From: Candidatus Eiseniibacteriota bacterium
Lineage (GTDB): Bacteria; Eisenbacteria; RBG-16-71-46; DASYSL01
DNA length: 64,000 bases
Assembly: GCA_031431875.1 (NCBI GenBank)
Contig: JANPEF010000153.1
Span: 45,891 to 109,890 of the forward strand
Direction of reading: 5' to 3'
The notes below the pieces were generated by a model. That model was not told where the DNA came from and made no database searches. It saw only the letters and a list, made by a program, of their open reading frames with translations. Numbering within the stretch: the stretch's first letter is position 1; the number at the start of each line of letters is the position of its first letter. Both the position numbers and the translations under genes were made by a program. Positions 20,191-28,472 of the stretch are shown here, in pieces.

Positions 20191-21305
20191 CCGGCCGCTG
20201 CGCGGACCTCGTGGTAGTAGGCCTCGAGGCGGGCGGCGATGACGTCCCAGCCGAACGTCTCGGCGCGCAGACGTCCGCGTGCGGCGAGCGCGAGCCGGCG
20301 GGCGGGGTCGCGCAGCAGCCGCGCCAGCGCCTCGGCCAGCGCCTTCACGTCGCCGGGCGGGACCAGCACGCCATCGTCGGGGGTGGCGACGACCGAGCGA
20401 TATCCGGGGATGTCCGAGGCGACGAGCGGCCGGCCGGCCGCCATGGCCTCGAGCAGCACGATGCCGAACGACTCGTTGCGCAGCGCCGGCGAGACGACGA
20501 CGTGCGCCGAGGCATACCACGAAGGCAGTTCGGCCGCGGGGACCGCGCCGGCGAACAGGACGTGCTCGCGATCGGGACCCGACAGCCGGCGCTCGAGCCA
20601 CGGGCGCAGGAACGACGACCCCACGACCACGAGCCGCGCTTCGGGCACGGCGCGACGCAGGCGCGGGAACGCGTCGAGCAGCACGGGAAGTCCCTTGCGC
20701 GGATCGAGCCGGCCGACGAACAGCACGTTCAGCCGCCCGTCGGCGAGCGCGGGCAGGGGCGGCACGTCGGGGTGGAAGCGCCGCACGTCGACGCCGTTGG
20801 GGATGATGCGGTACTCCCCCGGGAAGTGGCGCTCGACGAACGAGCGCGCGGTGGTCGACACCGCGATCCGGCCGCGCAGCCGGCGCCAGTGCTCGTCGAG
20901 CGGCCGGCGGAACAGACGGAACAGGCGGCTGTCGTCGCCGGCAGCGTGAAAGGTGCCGACCACGGGCGCGTCGGCCGTCTCGCCGGTCAACAGCGGCAGC
21001 GTCGGCGTGAGCGGCTGGTGCACGTGCACGAGGTCGAACGTGCGCTCGCGCCACAGCGCGCGCAGGTCGCGGCGCAGCATGGGACCGATCGTCAGGTCGA
21101 CGAAGGCGCCCTGGAACGGCACCAGGATGCTGGTGCCGACGCGCACCACCTCCGGCGGATCGGCGCCGCGGTAGCCGGGCGGGCGCCCCGTGACGACGGT
21201 GACCTCGTGGCCGCGTGTGCGCAGTTCGGCCGCGGTGTGGGCGACGTGCTCGGTGACGCCACCGAAGCGCGGATAATACGACTGGCTGACGAGGGCGATC
21301 TTCAC
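20187..21305 (-). CDS. GT4 glycosyltransferase, PimA-like
   Basis: GGVTEHV N-terminus, FVGRLDPRKG, ESFGIVLLEAMAAG; GTG start overlapping upstream TGA. Confidence 0.85.
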   Translation of the reverse strand: MKIALVSQSYYPRFGGVTEHVAHTAAELRTRGHEVTVVTGRPPGYRGADPPEVVRVGTSILVPFQGAFVDLTIGPMLRRDLRALWRERTFDLVHVHQPLTPTLPLLTGETADAPVVGTFHAAGDDSRLFRLFRRPLDEHWRRLRGRIAVSTTARSFVERHFPGEYRIIPNGVDVRRFHPDVPPLPALADGRLNVLFVGRLDPRKGLPVLLDAFPRLRRAVPEARLVVVGSSFLRPWLERRLSGPDREHVLFAGAVPAAELPSWYASAHVVVSPALRNESFGIVLLEAMAAGRPLVASDIPGYRSVVATPDDGVLVPPGDVKALAEALARLLRDPARRLALAARGRLRAETFGWDVIAARLEAYYHEVRAAAG

Positions 21306-22177
21306 GCGGGCTCTCCCGCTCCGTCGACGCCGGTCCCGGCACCCGTGAAGAACGGACGGAACAGGCACCACTCCCCGGGGCCCTCGGCGAGCACGGCCTC
21401 GAGCCACGAGGCGACCCGGGCATGCAGGCGGGCTTCGTCGAGCGGTCCGGATCCAGATTCCTCCGGCGTGTCGAGCGGGGTGAGTGCAATGAGATAGCGG
21501 GCGGAGTCCGCCGGATCGCGCCGGCAGCGTCCCGCCACCAGGCGGGCGCCGAAGCGTGCGGCAAGCCGGGCCGGACCGCGGGGGAGCGCAACGCGCCGAC
21601 CGGCGACGGCGGCCGGGGCGGTCGCCGTGACGACGTCGCCATCGACCAGCAGCGCGACCACCGCGCCACGACGCAGCGCGCGAGCGAGTCGCACGGGGGA
21701 GGCCTCGGGCCCGACGACCTCGATCCCCAGTCGCTTTTTCGCCCGGCGCAGCGCGGGGGTCCACTCGGCCCTCATCTGGACGCCGGCAACCGCGACGACC
21801 GAAAGCCCCGCGGCGGCGAGGGCGGCGGCGCCCCATTCCCACTCGCCGACATGCGCGGCGACGAGCACGGTGCCCCGGCCCTCGCGCGCGGCGGCGACGA
21901 GGGGGGCGAGGCCCGCGATCGAGGTGCGGGCCGCGACGTCGGAGCGGTTCATGCCCAGCAGGCGCAGCCAGCCCAAGAGCGAGGTCACGTAGCGGATGAA
22001 GGGGCGCTCGAGCGGAAAGCGCGCGGCGAGTGCGGCCCGGTTGGCCCGAACGGCCGCCCGACGTGGGGAGTCGAGCGCACACCACGCGCGGCCGACGACT
22101 CCCGCAACCACCGCATCAGAGGCGGGGGCAAGGAGGGAGGCGGCACGGGAAGCGAACGCGAGCGAGGGAAGGACCAT
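21302..22177 (-). CDS. Lysophospholipid/lipid A-type acyltransferase (HtrB/PatA family)
   Basis: HVGEWEW motif, VALLVDGD, LPRGPARLA. Confidence 0.8.
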   Translation of the reverse strand: MVLPSLAFASRAASLLAPASDAVVAGVVGRAWCALDSPRRAAVRANRAALAARFPLERPFIRYVTSLLGWLRLLGMNRSDVAARTSIAGLAPLVAAAREGRGTVLVAAHVGEWEWGAAALAAAGLSVVAVAGVQMRAEWTPALRRAKKRLGIEVVGPEASPVRLARALRRGAVVALLVDGDVVTATAPAAVAGRRVALPRGPARLAARFGARLVAGRCRRDPADSARYLIALTPLDTPEESGSGPLDEARLHARVASWLEAVLAEGPGEWCLFRPFFTGAGTGVDGAGEPA

Positions 22178-22235
22178 GGATCGCGAGTGAAGCGCGGCCC
22201 GGGGCGGGCGTCAACCAGCGATTCCCCGGGGCCGT

Positions 22236-23828
22236 CTACAGGGAGGAGGTCAGGCGCAACTCGACCCCGCGAAACGCGGGGACGTCATAGCAGGTGCCGG
22301 CCGTGCAAGCGAGTCCGCCGCGGCGGCTGCCGATCAGCAACGTGGCCTCGTGGCCGCGCGCGATCGTCGCTCCGATGACGGCGGCGAGAAACGTTCGCGG
22401 TTCCCCGGGGCGGTCGCCTTCCTCCTGGAGGGGATCGGTCGAGCGCTCCCAGGCAAGCCCCAGGCTGCCCAGTCCGGCGCGTTGCACGCCCACTGCGACG
22501 AGGTCGTCGCGAAAGCCGGTCGACGGCGCGCGCGTCGCGTTCTGCCGCTCCAGATCAAAGGTCGCGGACCAGGGCCCCGCCATCGTCACCGAGCCGGCCG
22601 TGCCGAAGACTTCCCGCCGCGTGATGAACACGAACTCGTCCTCGCCGCGCTCGTAGAATGCGGTGGCCTCGCCTCGACCCCACAGCAAGCCGGCCTCCGC
22701 TCCTGGCACGTGCAGCTCGAAGTACTCGCTGACGAATCGCGGCGTGCGCGAGCCGAAGCGTCCGTCGGAGCGCGACAGGTTGACGGTGAAGGCGCCCCAC
22801 TGCGGCGACGTCGCGATTCCTTCCAATTGATAGCCCTGCTCGCTGGAGGCGTTGAGCACGTGCGTATTCCGGTTCAGCAGCGGAAACGCATGCTCGCGAA
22901 CGAGCGAGGGCGGATCGTTGGTGCCGAAGCGGAAGTCGCGGTAATCCTTCCACTCGGCGGCAAGCGCCACGGGGCCGGCCAGGAAGTTGAGCCCGGCGTA
23001 CAGCGCGTGCGGTGTCCCTTCGTCGGTGCGGAAACGGAACCAGTCGCCCGCCGTGCCGTCGGTCTGTGCGTACTCGGCGTACACCGGAAGCGCCAGTCCC
23101 GTGACGCCGAAGGCGCGCAGGGGATCAATCTCGATGAATCCCGTCCCGTGCGACCGGTCGGTCGTGCCGCCCGGGGAGGCCAGGACATCGCGCAGGTAGG
23201 CCGCGCCGGCGCGTGCCCAGGGCCTTGGGGCGATCTCGACCTGGCCGCCGGACACATCCCCCGGATTGCGGTCGACCTCGAGCGCCTCGGCGAGACCCGG
23301 AGAGATCGTGCCGCCGCCCGGCGCGCCGGCGAGCCCGCGCCCGGAGACCCATCCGACGCGGCCTTCGACCAACGCCCCGTCGACGTCCCGGGACAGCGCG
23401 TACCGCGAGTCCGGGCCCGGCGGATCCAGCACGACGGCGGGCACCTCGAACGAGCGATGAATCAGGCCGCGGCCGAGGATCGTGTAGACGTTGCCGACCC
23501 GCCCGCGGAACGAGGCATCCGTCCCGGTCGCACTCCACTCGGCGAAGCGCTGGGTGATGGTCGCGTATTCGAACTGGTCCTGGCTGTTCCGGTCGGTCTC
23601 GAAGCGCAACCCGAGCCGCAACGACTCACGCGCGTAACCGAGAACGAGTCCATCGTAGAGATCGGTGCGGTCGGTGGGCTGCGTGATGTCGAAGGGATCA
23701 GAACCAACACGCATCTCGAGCAGGTTCGAGACCGCGAGCTGTGCGGCTGCCGGCGGGACGCAGGTGGCCAACGCGAGCAGGAGGACGAGCGCAATCCGGC
23801 CGCTCGCGACGGCTGCGGAACCAGCCAT
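22236..23828 (-). CDS. Outer-membrane beta-barrel protein, DUF6029-like
   Basis: Signal peptide; GNVYTILGRGL, NDPPSL, C-terminal GGLACTAGTCYDVPAFRGVELRLTSSL; family assignment from recall. Confidence 0.7.
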   Translation of the reverse strand: MAGSAAVASGRIALVLLLALATCVPPAAAQLAVSNLLEMRVGSDPFDITQPTDRTDLYDGLVLGYARESLRLGLRFETDRNSQDQFEYATITQRFAEWSATGTDASFRGRVGNVYTILGRGLIHRSFEVPAVVLDPPGPDSRYALSRDVDGALVEGRVGWVSGRGLAGAPGGGTISPGLAEALEVDRNPGDVSGGQVEIAPRPWARAGAAYLRDVLASPGGTTDRSHGTGFIEIDPLRAFGVTGLALPVYAEYAQTDGTAGDWFRFRTDEGTPHALYAGLNFLAGPVALAAEWKDYRDFRFGTNDPPSLVREHAFPLLNRNTHVLNASSEQGYQLEGIATSPQWGAFTVNLSRSDGRFGSRTPRFVSEYFELHVPGAEAGLLWGRGEATAFYERGEDEFVFITRREVFGTAGSVTMAGPWSATFDLERQNATRAPSTGFRDDLVAVGVQRAGLGSLGLAWERSTDPLQEEGDRPGEPRTFLAAVIGATIARGHEATLLIGSRRGGLACTAGTCYDVPAFRGVELRLTSSL

Positions 23829-23830
23829 CC

Positions 23831-24412
23831 TCACCGGGACGAGTCCGCGGGAGCCGTCGCCCCCGCGGTCGCGGGCAGCGTGTCCGCGGGCGCGATGACG
23901 GGCGGCAACAGCGCCTCGATGGCGGCGGCCACGGCCGCGCCCTCGCCGGGCCGGTAGCCGGTGAAGCGCCGTACGATCTTGCCGGTGGTGTCGATCAGCA
24001 CGGCGTTGGGGACTCCGCGTACCTCGAAGCGCTCTTGCAGGCGGCCGTCCTCGTCGAAGACGATCGGGTAGGTGAGGCCCATGCGGGTGACGAACGGGCG
24101 GACCCGCGTGGCGTTGCGCGGCCCGTCGACCGAGATGCCGACGACGGTCAGTCCCCGCGCGGCATACGCTTCGTGCACGGCCTGAATTTCGGGCAGCGAG
24201 GCGAGGCACGGCTTGCACCACGTCGCCCAGTAATCGAGCAGGATCGGTCCGCGCCGCCGCGCCGCGGCCAGCGGCAGACGCGTCCGCTCGACGGTGGTGA
24301 GGACGAGGTCGTCGATCGCCGCGCCCGTCGCACGCGCGTCCGGGGTGGGAACGAAACACGTCACGATCAGCACGGCAACCAGCGTCCGAAGCCGGATGGG
24401 GTGACGGCTCAC
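23831..24412 (-). CDS. TlpA/ResA-like thiol:disulfide oxidoreductase
   Basis: Signal peptide, YWATWCKPC active site, GVPNAVLID cis-Pro loop. Confidence 0.92.
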   Translation of the reverse strand: MSRHPIRLRTLVAVLIVTCFVPTPDARATGAAIDDLVLTTVERTRLPLAAARRRGPILLDYWATWCKPCLASLPEIQAVHEAYAARGLTVVGISVDGPRNATRVRPFVTRMGLTYPIVFDEDGRLQERFEVRGVPNAVLIDTTGKIVRRFTGYRPGEGAAVAAAIEALLPPVIAPADTLPATAGATAPADSSR

Positions 24413-25314
24413 TGCAGGGCGACCACGCGACGGGTCACCACGGTTCCGCCGCTGGCGGCTCGCAGCCAGTAGGCGCCCGCCGCCCTGCGGCTCCCGGTCT
24501 CGTCGAGACGGAAGACGACGCGCGCGGTCCCGCCTGCAGCGATGCCGTCGAAGAGCGTGGCGACTCGCCGTCCTCGCAGGTCATGGAGCGTCACCGTGAC
24601 TGGAACATCGCCGCCCTCGGCGTCGGGGGGAACGCGCACGTCGACTCGGAGCGCCTCGCGGAACGGGTTGGGTGTGCCGGTGAGGGACAGCATCGGGCCG
24701 ATGGAAAGCGGGGCATCGACCGTGCTGGTCACCAGCGAGTCGACCGCCCCGCGGATCTGGTCGAGGTGGTAGCGATTGCCGTGGGCCCACAGTGTCGAGG
24801 CGTAGTAGCGCACGATCCCCTGCTTGCTGATGACCGCGTAGTTGTCGTACGCCGGGACTCCGCCGTACAGGGTGTTGAGGTCGCCCCCGGTGGCCGAGCC
24901 GCCGAGCATCAGGAGGGGATAGGTCGTCCCCGTCGAGTTCTTGAACTGCTGTACCTGGGCGGTCGTTCCGTTGAACATGTCGACGCCCAGCACCTGGACC
25001 TGGCCGGGCGCCGCGCTCTGGTAGTGCTGCCAGAGGTCCAGCTCGACCGACGGACCGTCGGCCAGGCAGAAGGGTCAGCTATAGCCGAGGAGGAAGAGGA
25101 CGACGACCTTGCCCGAGAAGCTGGCCAGGGAGACCGGGCCTCCCCCCAGCTCGGTCTTGGTGAAGTTGGGGGCGACCGAGCCGTGCACCACGGCGGCCGC
25201 GGCGGCGGGGATCCCCGCCGGGGGGACCGCAGCCGATCCCAGGATGAGTCCCAGGGCGAGGAGCGGGCCGGCGACGAGTCGGTCGGCGGGTCGAGGACGG
25301 CGGTGGGGGCTCAT
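24409..25314 (-). CDS. Probable selenoprotein: exported redoxin (UPFC) fused to FlgD/T9SS-like C-terminal domain, 301 aa; TGA at 25075..25077 read as Sec
   Basis: ORFs 25075..25440 and 24409..24993 are in frame across one TGA; reads APNFT...GKVVVLFLLGYS-U-PFC...VQVLGVD; SECIS-like hairpin; tail TPNPF...LHDLRGRRVATL...AGAYWLR. Confidence 0.8.
25045..25063 (-). promoter_or_regulatory. Bacterial SECIS-like hairpin
   Basis: GGCCGACG-GUC-CGUCGGUC, 8-bp stem starting 11 nt after the UGA, G first in the loop. Confidence 0.6.
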
Positions 25315-25509
25315 GACGGGGCTCCGGGCTCGGGAATTCGTACGGTTGATCCTGCGATCTGCCGAAGGTACGGGAGGGCAGTGGGCATTGTGACTCCGTC
25401 CGCCCTCGGGCGTCCGGTTTCGGCTCAAGCTCCTTTGCAACGTGCCGATGACGGATGCGTCGGGGGAATGCGCCCCCGAAAACGGTTGCGATTCAGGGAG
25501 GAAACCGCC

Positions 25510-26652
25510 GTGGTCGTCGTCAGCTACTCGGGCAAGGAAATCAACGCCAAGCTGGTCTATTACGGCACCGGGCTTTCGGGCAAGACGACGAACCTCGAGG
25601 CCATCTACGAAGCCGTCCCCGACAACAGTCGCGGGAAGATGGTGTCGATGAAGACGCAGTCCGACCGCACCCTGTTCTTCGACCTGCTGCCGCTCGACCT
25701 GGGCGAGGTCATGGGGTTCAAGACCCGCTTCCTCCTCTACACGGTTCCGGGCCAGGTCTTCTACAACGCCACGCGCAAGCTGGTGCTCAAGGGTGCCGAT
25801 GCGATCGTGTTCGTCGCCGACTCCGAACGCGGCAAGATGGACGAGAACAAGGAGTCGCTGTCGAACCTCCGCGCCAACCTCGCGGAGTACAAGGTCAACC
25901 TCGACGACCTGCCGTGGGTGCTGCAGTACAACAAGCGCGACCTGCCCGACGTCTACACGGTCGAGGAACTGAATCGCGAGCTCAACCCGAGCAACGTCCC
26001 CTGGGTCGAAGGCGTGGCCACCAAGGGCACGGGCGTCCTCGAGACGTTCCGCCTGGTGAGCCAGATGCTGCTCGAGCGGGTGACCAAGGACCTGCGACGG
26101 TCGCCCTCGACGACCGGCGCGCGCGAGGTGCCACGTCCCGCACCGGCCCAGTCGCCGAGTGCGCCGCAGGCGGCCTCGGCCGGTCCGGTGGCGATGCCGT
26201 CGTCGCCCCCACCGCCGACGTTCCGCGCGACTGCCGCTCCGGTCGCGCCGCAGGCTCCGAGTCCGTTTGCGCCGCAGCCGGTCGCCGCCGCACCATTGTC
26301 GCCGCTGCCTGCCATCTCCATGCCGCAGGTCCCCGGCCTGGTCACCGGATCATCGCCCTTCACTCCGTCCAGCCGGGGAGAGATCGGGACGCACCCGGCC
26401 GCAGACCGTGCCGACCGGAACGCGCCTGCCCCACCGCCGCTGCGCAGCATGCAGAAGGAGGGCCCCGGGCCGGTCATGGACCTCGGGACGAACTTCCAGC
26501 GCAACATCCAGTTGCCCACCGAGGAGCGCCTGGCCCGTCCGGCGGTCGCGAGCGAGCCGCTGGTGGTGCCCATCACGCTCGACGGCTCGGTGCGGGAGAT
26601 CGTCCTGCGCATCGTCATCGAGCAGAAGGAGCGCGTCGACCGCGCCGCTTGA
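25510..26652 (+). CDS. mglA: MglA-like small GTPase with Pro-rich C-terminal extension
   Basis: EINAKLVYYGTGLSGKTTNL, DRTLFFD, TVPGQVFY, QYNKRDLP; GTG 25510 after GGGAGGA. Confidence 0.85.
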   Translation: MVVVSYSGKEINAKLVYYGTGLSGKTTNLEAIYEAVPDNSRGKMVSMKTQSDRTLFFDLLPLDLGEVMGFKTRFLLYTVPGQVFYNATRKLVLKGADAIVFVADSERGKMDENKESLSNLRANLAEYKVNLDDLPWVLQYNKRDLPDVYTVEELNRELNPSNVPWVEGVATKGTGVLETFRLVSQMLLERVTKDLRRSPSTTGAREVPRPAPAQSPSAPQAASAGPVAMPSSPPPPTFRATAAPVAPQAPSPFAPQPVAAAPLSPLPAISMPQVPGLVTGSSPFTPSSRGEIGTHPAADRADRNAPAPPPLRSMQKEGPGPVMDLGTNFQRNIQLPTEERLARPAVASEPLVVPITLDGSVREIVLRIVIEQKERVDRAA

Positions 26653-26731
26653 CACCCTGCCGTACCGGGGGCCAGACTCGCAGGGCGTGCCGGGATCTTC
26701 CCGGTGCGCCCTGAGTGCTTTCGGAGGAGCG

Positions 26732-27313
26732 ATGCGTTCGTCCTGCGCCGCCACCCTGTTCGTGCTTCTCCTCGTCGCCACGCCCGGGCATGCCCAGGGC
26801 GGGGCGGGCTTCCCGTCGACGGCGATCCCGTCGAGCGAGTCGTACTCCACGCCTCGGTCGACGAATCTCCTGCCGCGCTCGATCTTCGATCCCTCGCGGC
26901 TGACCATCTCGAACTCGATGGTCTTCGGCTACAGCTCGGGCGGATACGGCTTCAGCCCCGGCTCGGCCGGGCTGTTCACCTCGAGCCTCGGCTACCGCAT
27001 CGCGAACAACGCCGCCCTGCACGTCGACGTCGGCGCGCACATGAACCCCGCGTTCGGCGGCGGCGGCACCGAGAAGGGGATCTTCCTCCAGAGTGCGGCG
27101 TTCGACTGGCGCCCGACGCGCAACTCGCTGCTTCGCGTCGAGTACCGAGACATGCGCTCGCCGCTGCAGGCCGGCTACGGGTACGGCAACGCATACGGCT
27201 ACGGCAACGGCTACGGAACGGGGCTCGGCGGGTGGGGCACGCCTTACGGCGCCAACCTCGGCGCGGGAGCTCCGCTCGGCGGCGGCCTGCCGGGCGATCC
27301 GCTGCGCAACTGA
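26732..27313 (+). CDS. Exported hypothetical protein with beta-strand core and Gly/Tyr-rich tail
   Basis: GGAGG RBS, signal peptide ending GHA-Q, alternating beta pattern, GYGYGNAYGYGNGYG. Confidence 0.7.
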   Translation: MRSSCAATLFVLLLVATPGHAQGGAGFPSTAIPSSESYSTPRSTNLLPRSIFDPSRLTISNSMVFGYSSGGYGFSPGSAGLFTSSLGYRIANNAALHVDVGAHMNPAFGGGGTEKGIFLQSAAFDWRPTRNSLLRVEYRDMRSPLQAGYGYGNAYGYGNGYGTGLGGWGTPYGANLGAGAPLGGGLPGDPLRN

Positions 27314-27317
27314 GCGC

Positions 27318-28154
27318 GTGACGACGCGACCGCACTCCCTCCTCGAGACACGACTGCGGGGCCTGCGCGCCGAAGGGCGCGCGGGCCTCGTGCCGTTTCT
27401 CACCGCCGGCTATCCCGACCGCGCGATCAGCGCGCGCCTGCTCGTCGCCTGTGCGCGCGCGGGGGCGACCGCCATCGAACTGGGGCTGCCGTTCTCGGAT
27501 CCGCTTGCCGATGGCCCCGCGCTGCAGGAGGCCGCGCAGGTTGCGCTCGACGGTGGCACCACCGTGGCGCACGCCCTGGCGCTGGTGCGCGACTTCGCCG
27601 CGACGCCCCAGGGTGCTGCCGTTCCCATCGTGATCATGACCTACGCGAACCCGGTGCTCGCCTACGGGTTCGAGCGCTTCGCTCGCGATGCCGCCGCCGC
27701 CGGCGTCAACGGCGTGATCGTGTCGGACCTGCCGCTCGAGGAGCGCGCGGACGTGTGGGCCGCCTTTGCCGCGGCGGGACTCGACACGATCCCGCTTGTC
27801 GCGCCGACGACGGCGGCCGCGCGCGTGCCCGGGATCGCGGCGCGCGCCTCGGGCTTCGTCTACTGCCTGTCGCGCACGGGAGTGACCGGCGATGCGCGTG
27901 CCTTCGCCGGCGAGCTCGACGACCTGGTGCGCGCTGTGCGTCTCCACACCGACGTGCCGATCGGCATCGGCTTCGGCGTCGACGACGCGGCCAAGGCGCG
28001 CTTCGTCGCGCAGCGGGCCGAGGCGGTGATCGTGGGGGCGGCGGTGGCGCGGCGGATCGCTGTGGCGCGGGCGGCGGGGGGCGATGCGGTCGTCGCCGCC
28101 GTGGAGGCGTTCGTGGGCGACCTCGTCGCGGCGGTGGCGGGAGCCCGGCCCTAG
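27318..28154 (+). CDS. trpA: Tryptophan synthase alpha chain
   Basis: FLTAGYP, ELGLPFSDPLADGP, MTYANP, SRTGVTG, IGFGV. Confidence 0.96.
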   Translation: MTTRPHSLLETRLRGLRAEGRAGLVPFLTAGYPDRAISARLLVACARAGATAIELGLPFSDPLADGPALQEAAQVALDGGTTVAHALALVRDFAATPQGAAVPIVIMTYANPVLAYGFERFARDAAAAGVNGVIVSDLPLEERADVWAAFAAAGLDTIPLVAPTTAAARVPGIAARASGFVYCLSRTGVTGDARAFAGELDDLVRAVRLHTDVPIGIGFGVDDAAKARFVAQRAEAVIVGAAVARRIAVARAAGGDAVVAAVEAFVGDLVAAVAGARP

Positions 28155-28179
28155 CGGTCACCGGGCCGCCCCCGGCGCA

Positions 28180-28216
28180 CAAAAGAGGGGAGCCGCGACA
28201 ACCGCGCGGCTCCCCT
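28180..28216 (-). terminator. Intrinsic terminator on the minus strand
   Basis: 12-bp perfect stem AGGGGAGCCGCG/CGCGGCTCCCCT, 7-nt loop, followed by CTTTTGT on minus. Confidence 0.8.
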
Positions 28217-28271
28217 GTTCAGTGTGACCCTTGCCACCCGGATCCTTCCAGGCGCCGTCGTTTCCGTCGGC

Positions 28272-28334
28272 CTAGCGCAACCACCAGAACAGGTCGGGCC
28301 AGGTCCACGCGAGATGATCGAGTTCGTCGAACAT
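28272..28334 (-). CDS. 20-aa Trp-rich peptide MFDELDHLAWTWPDLFWWLR
   Basis: GGAGGG RBS 5 nt upstream of ATG, GC-typical codons, own promoter and terminator; below ORF-track cutoff. Confidence 0.6.
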   Translation of the reverse strand: MFDELDHLAWTWPDLFWWLR

Positions 28335-28389
28335 CGTCGCCCTCCGTGAGACGGAATCGAGCGGAAGCGTTTCTCCCGCTCCACCCTCG

Positions 28390-28417
28390 TCATCGACCGG
28401 GCGGCGGGGGACTTGAG
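28390..28417 (-). promoter_or_regulatory. sigma28 (FliA)-type promoter
   Basis: CTCAAG-N14-GTCGATGA (TCAA-N15), same form as the csrA promoter. Confidence 0.55.
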
Positions 28418-28472
28418 TGCAATCTGCGATTGGCTTCGAAATGATTCGAGGACTGTCTCCGAATGCGTTGTC

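Larger units (their letters stand above)
28180..28384 (-). ncRNA. Candidate ~200-nt sigma28-dependent small transcript with GGA hairpins (possible dual-function sRNA)
   Basis: Bounded by a sigma28-like promoter and a terminator; eight GGA, three ANGGA, one in a clean hairpin loop. Confidence 0.35.

Noticed and set aside
24409-25440. Two separate genes or a pseudogene at the redoxin locus
   Set aside because: The stop falls exactly on the catalytic Cys position and is followed by a SECIS-like hairpin; Sec read-through fits better, though it is not proven without sel genes.
24583-25509. N-terminal 309 codons of ORF 24583..26652
   Set aside because: Antisense to the redoxin gene; GTPase homology and RBS begin at 25510.
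28180-28345. Classical trp attenuator controlling trpA
   Set aside because: It is downstream of trpA and on the opposite strand; the possible antiterminator pairing (CGGCGCCT with AGGGGAGCCG) is weak.
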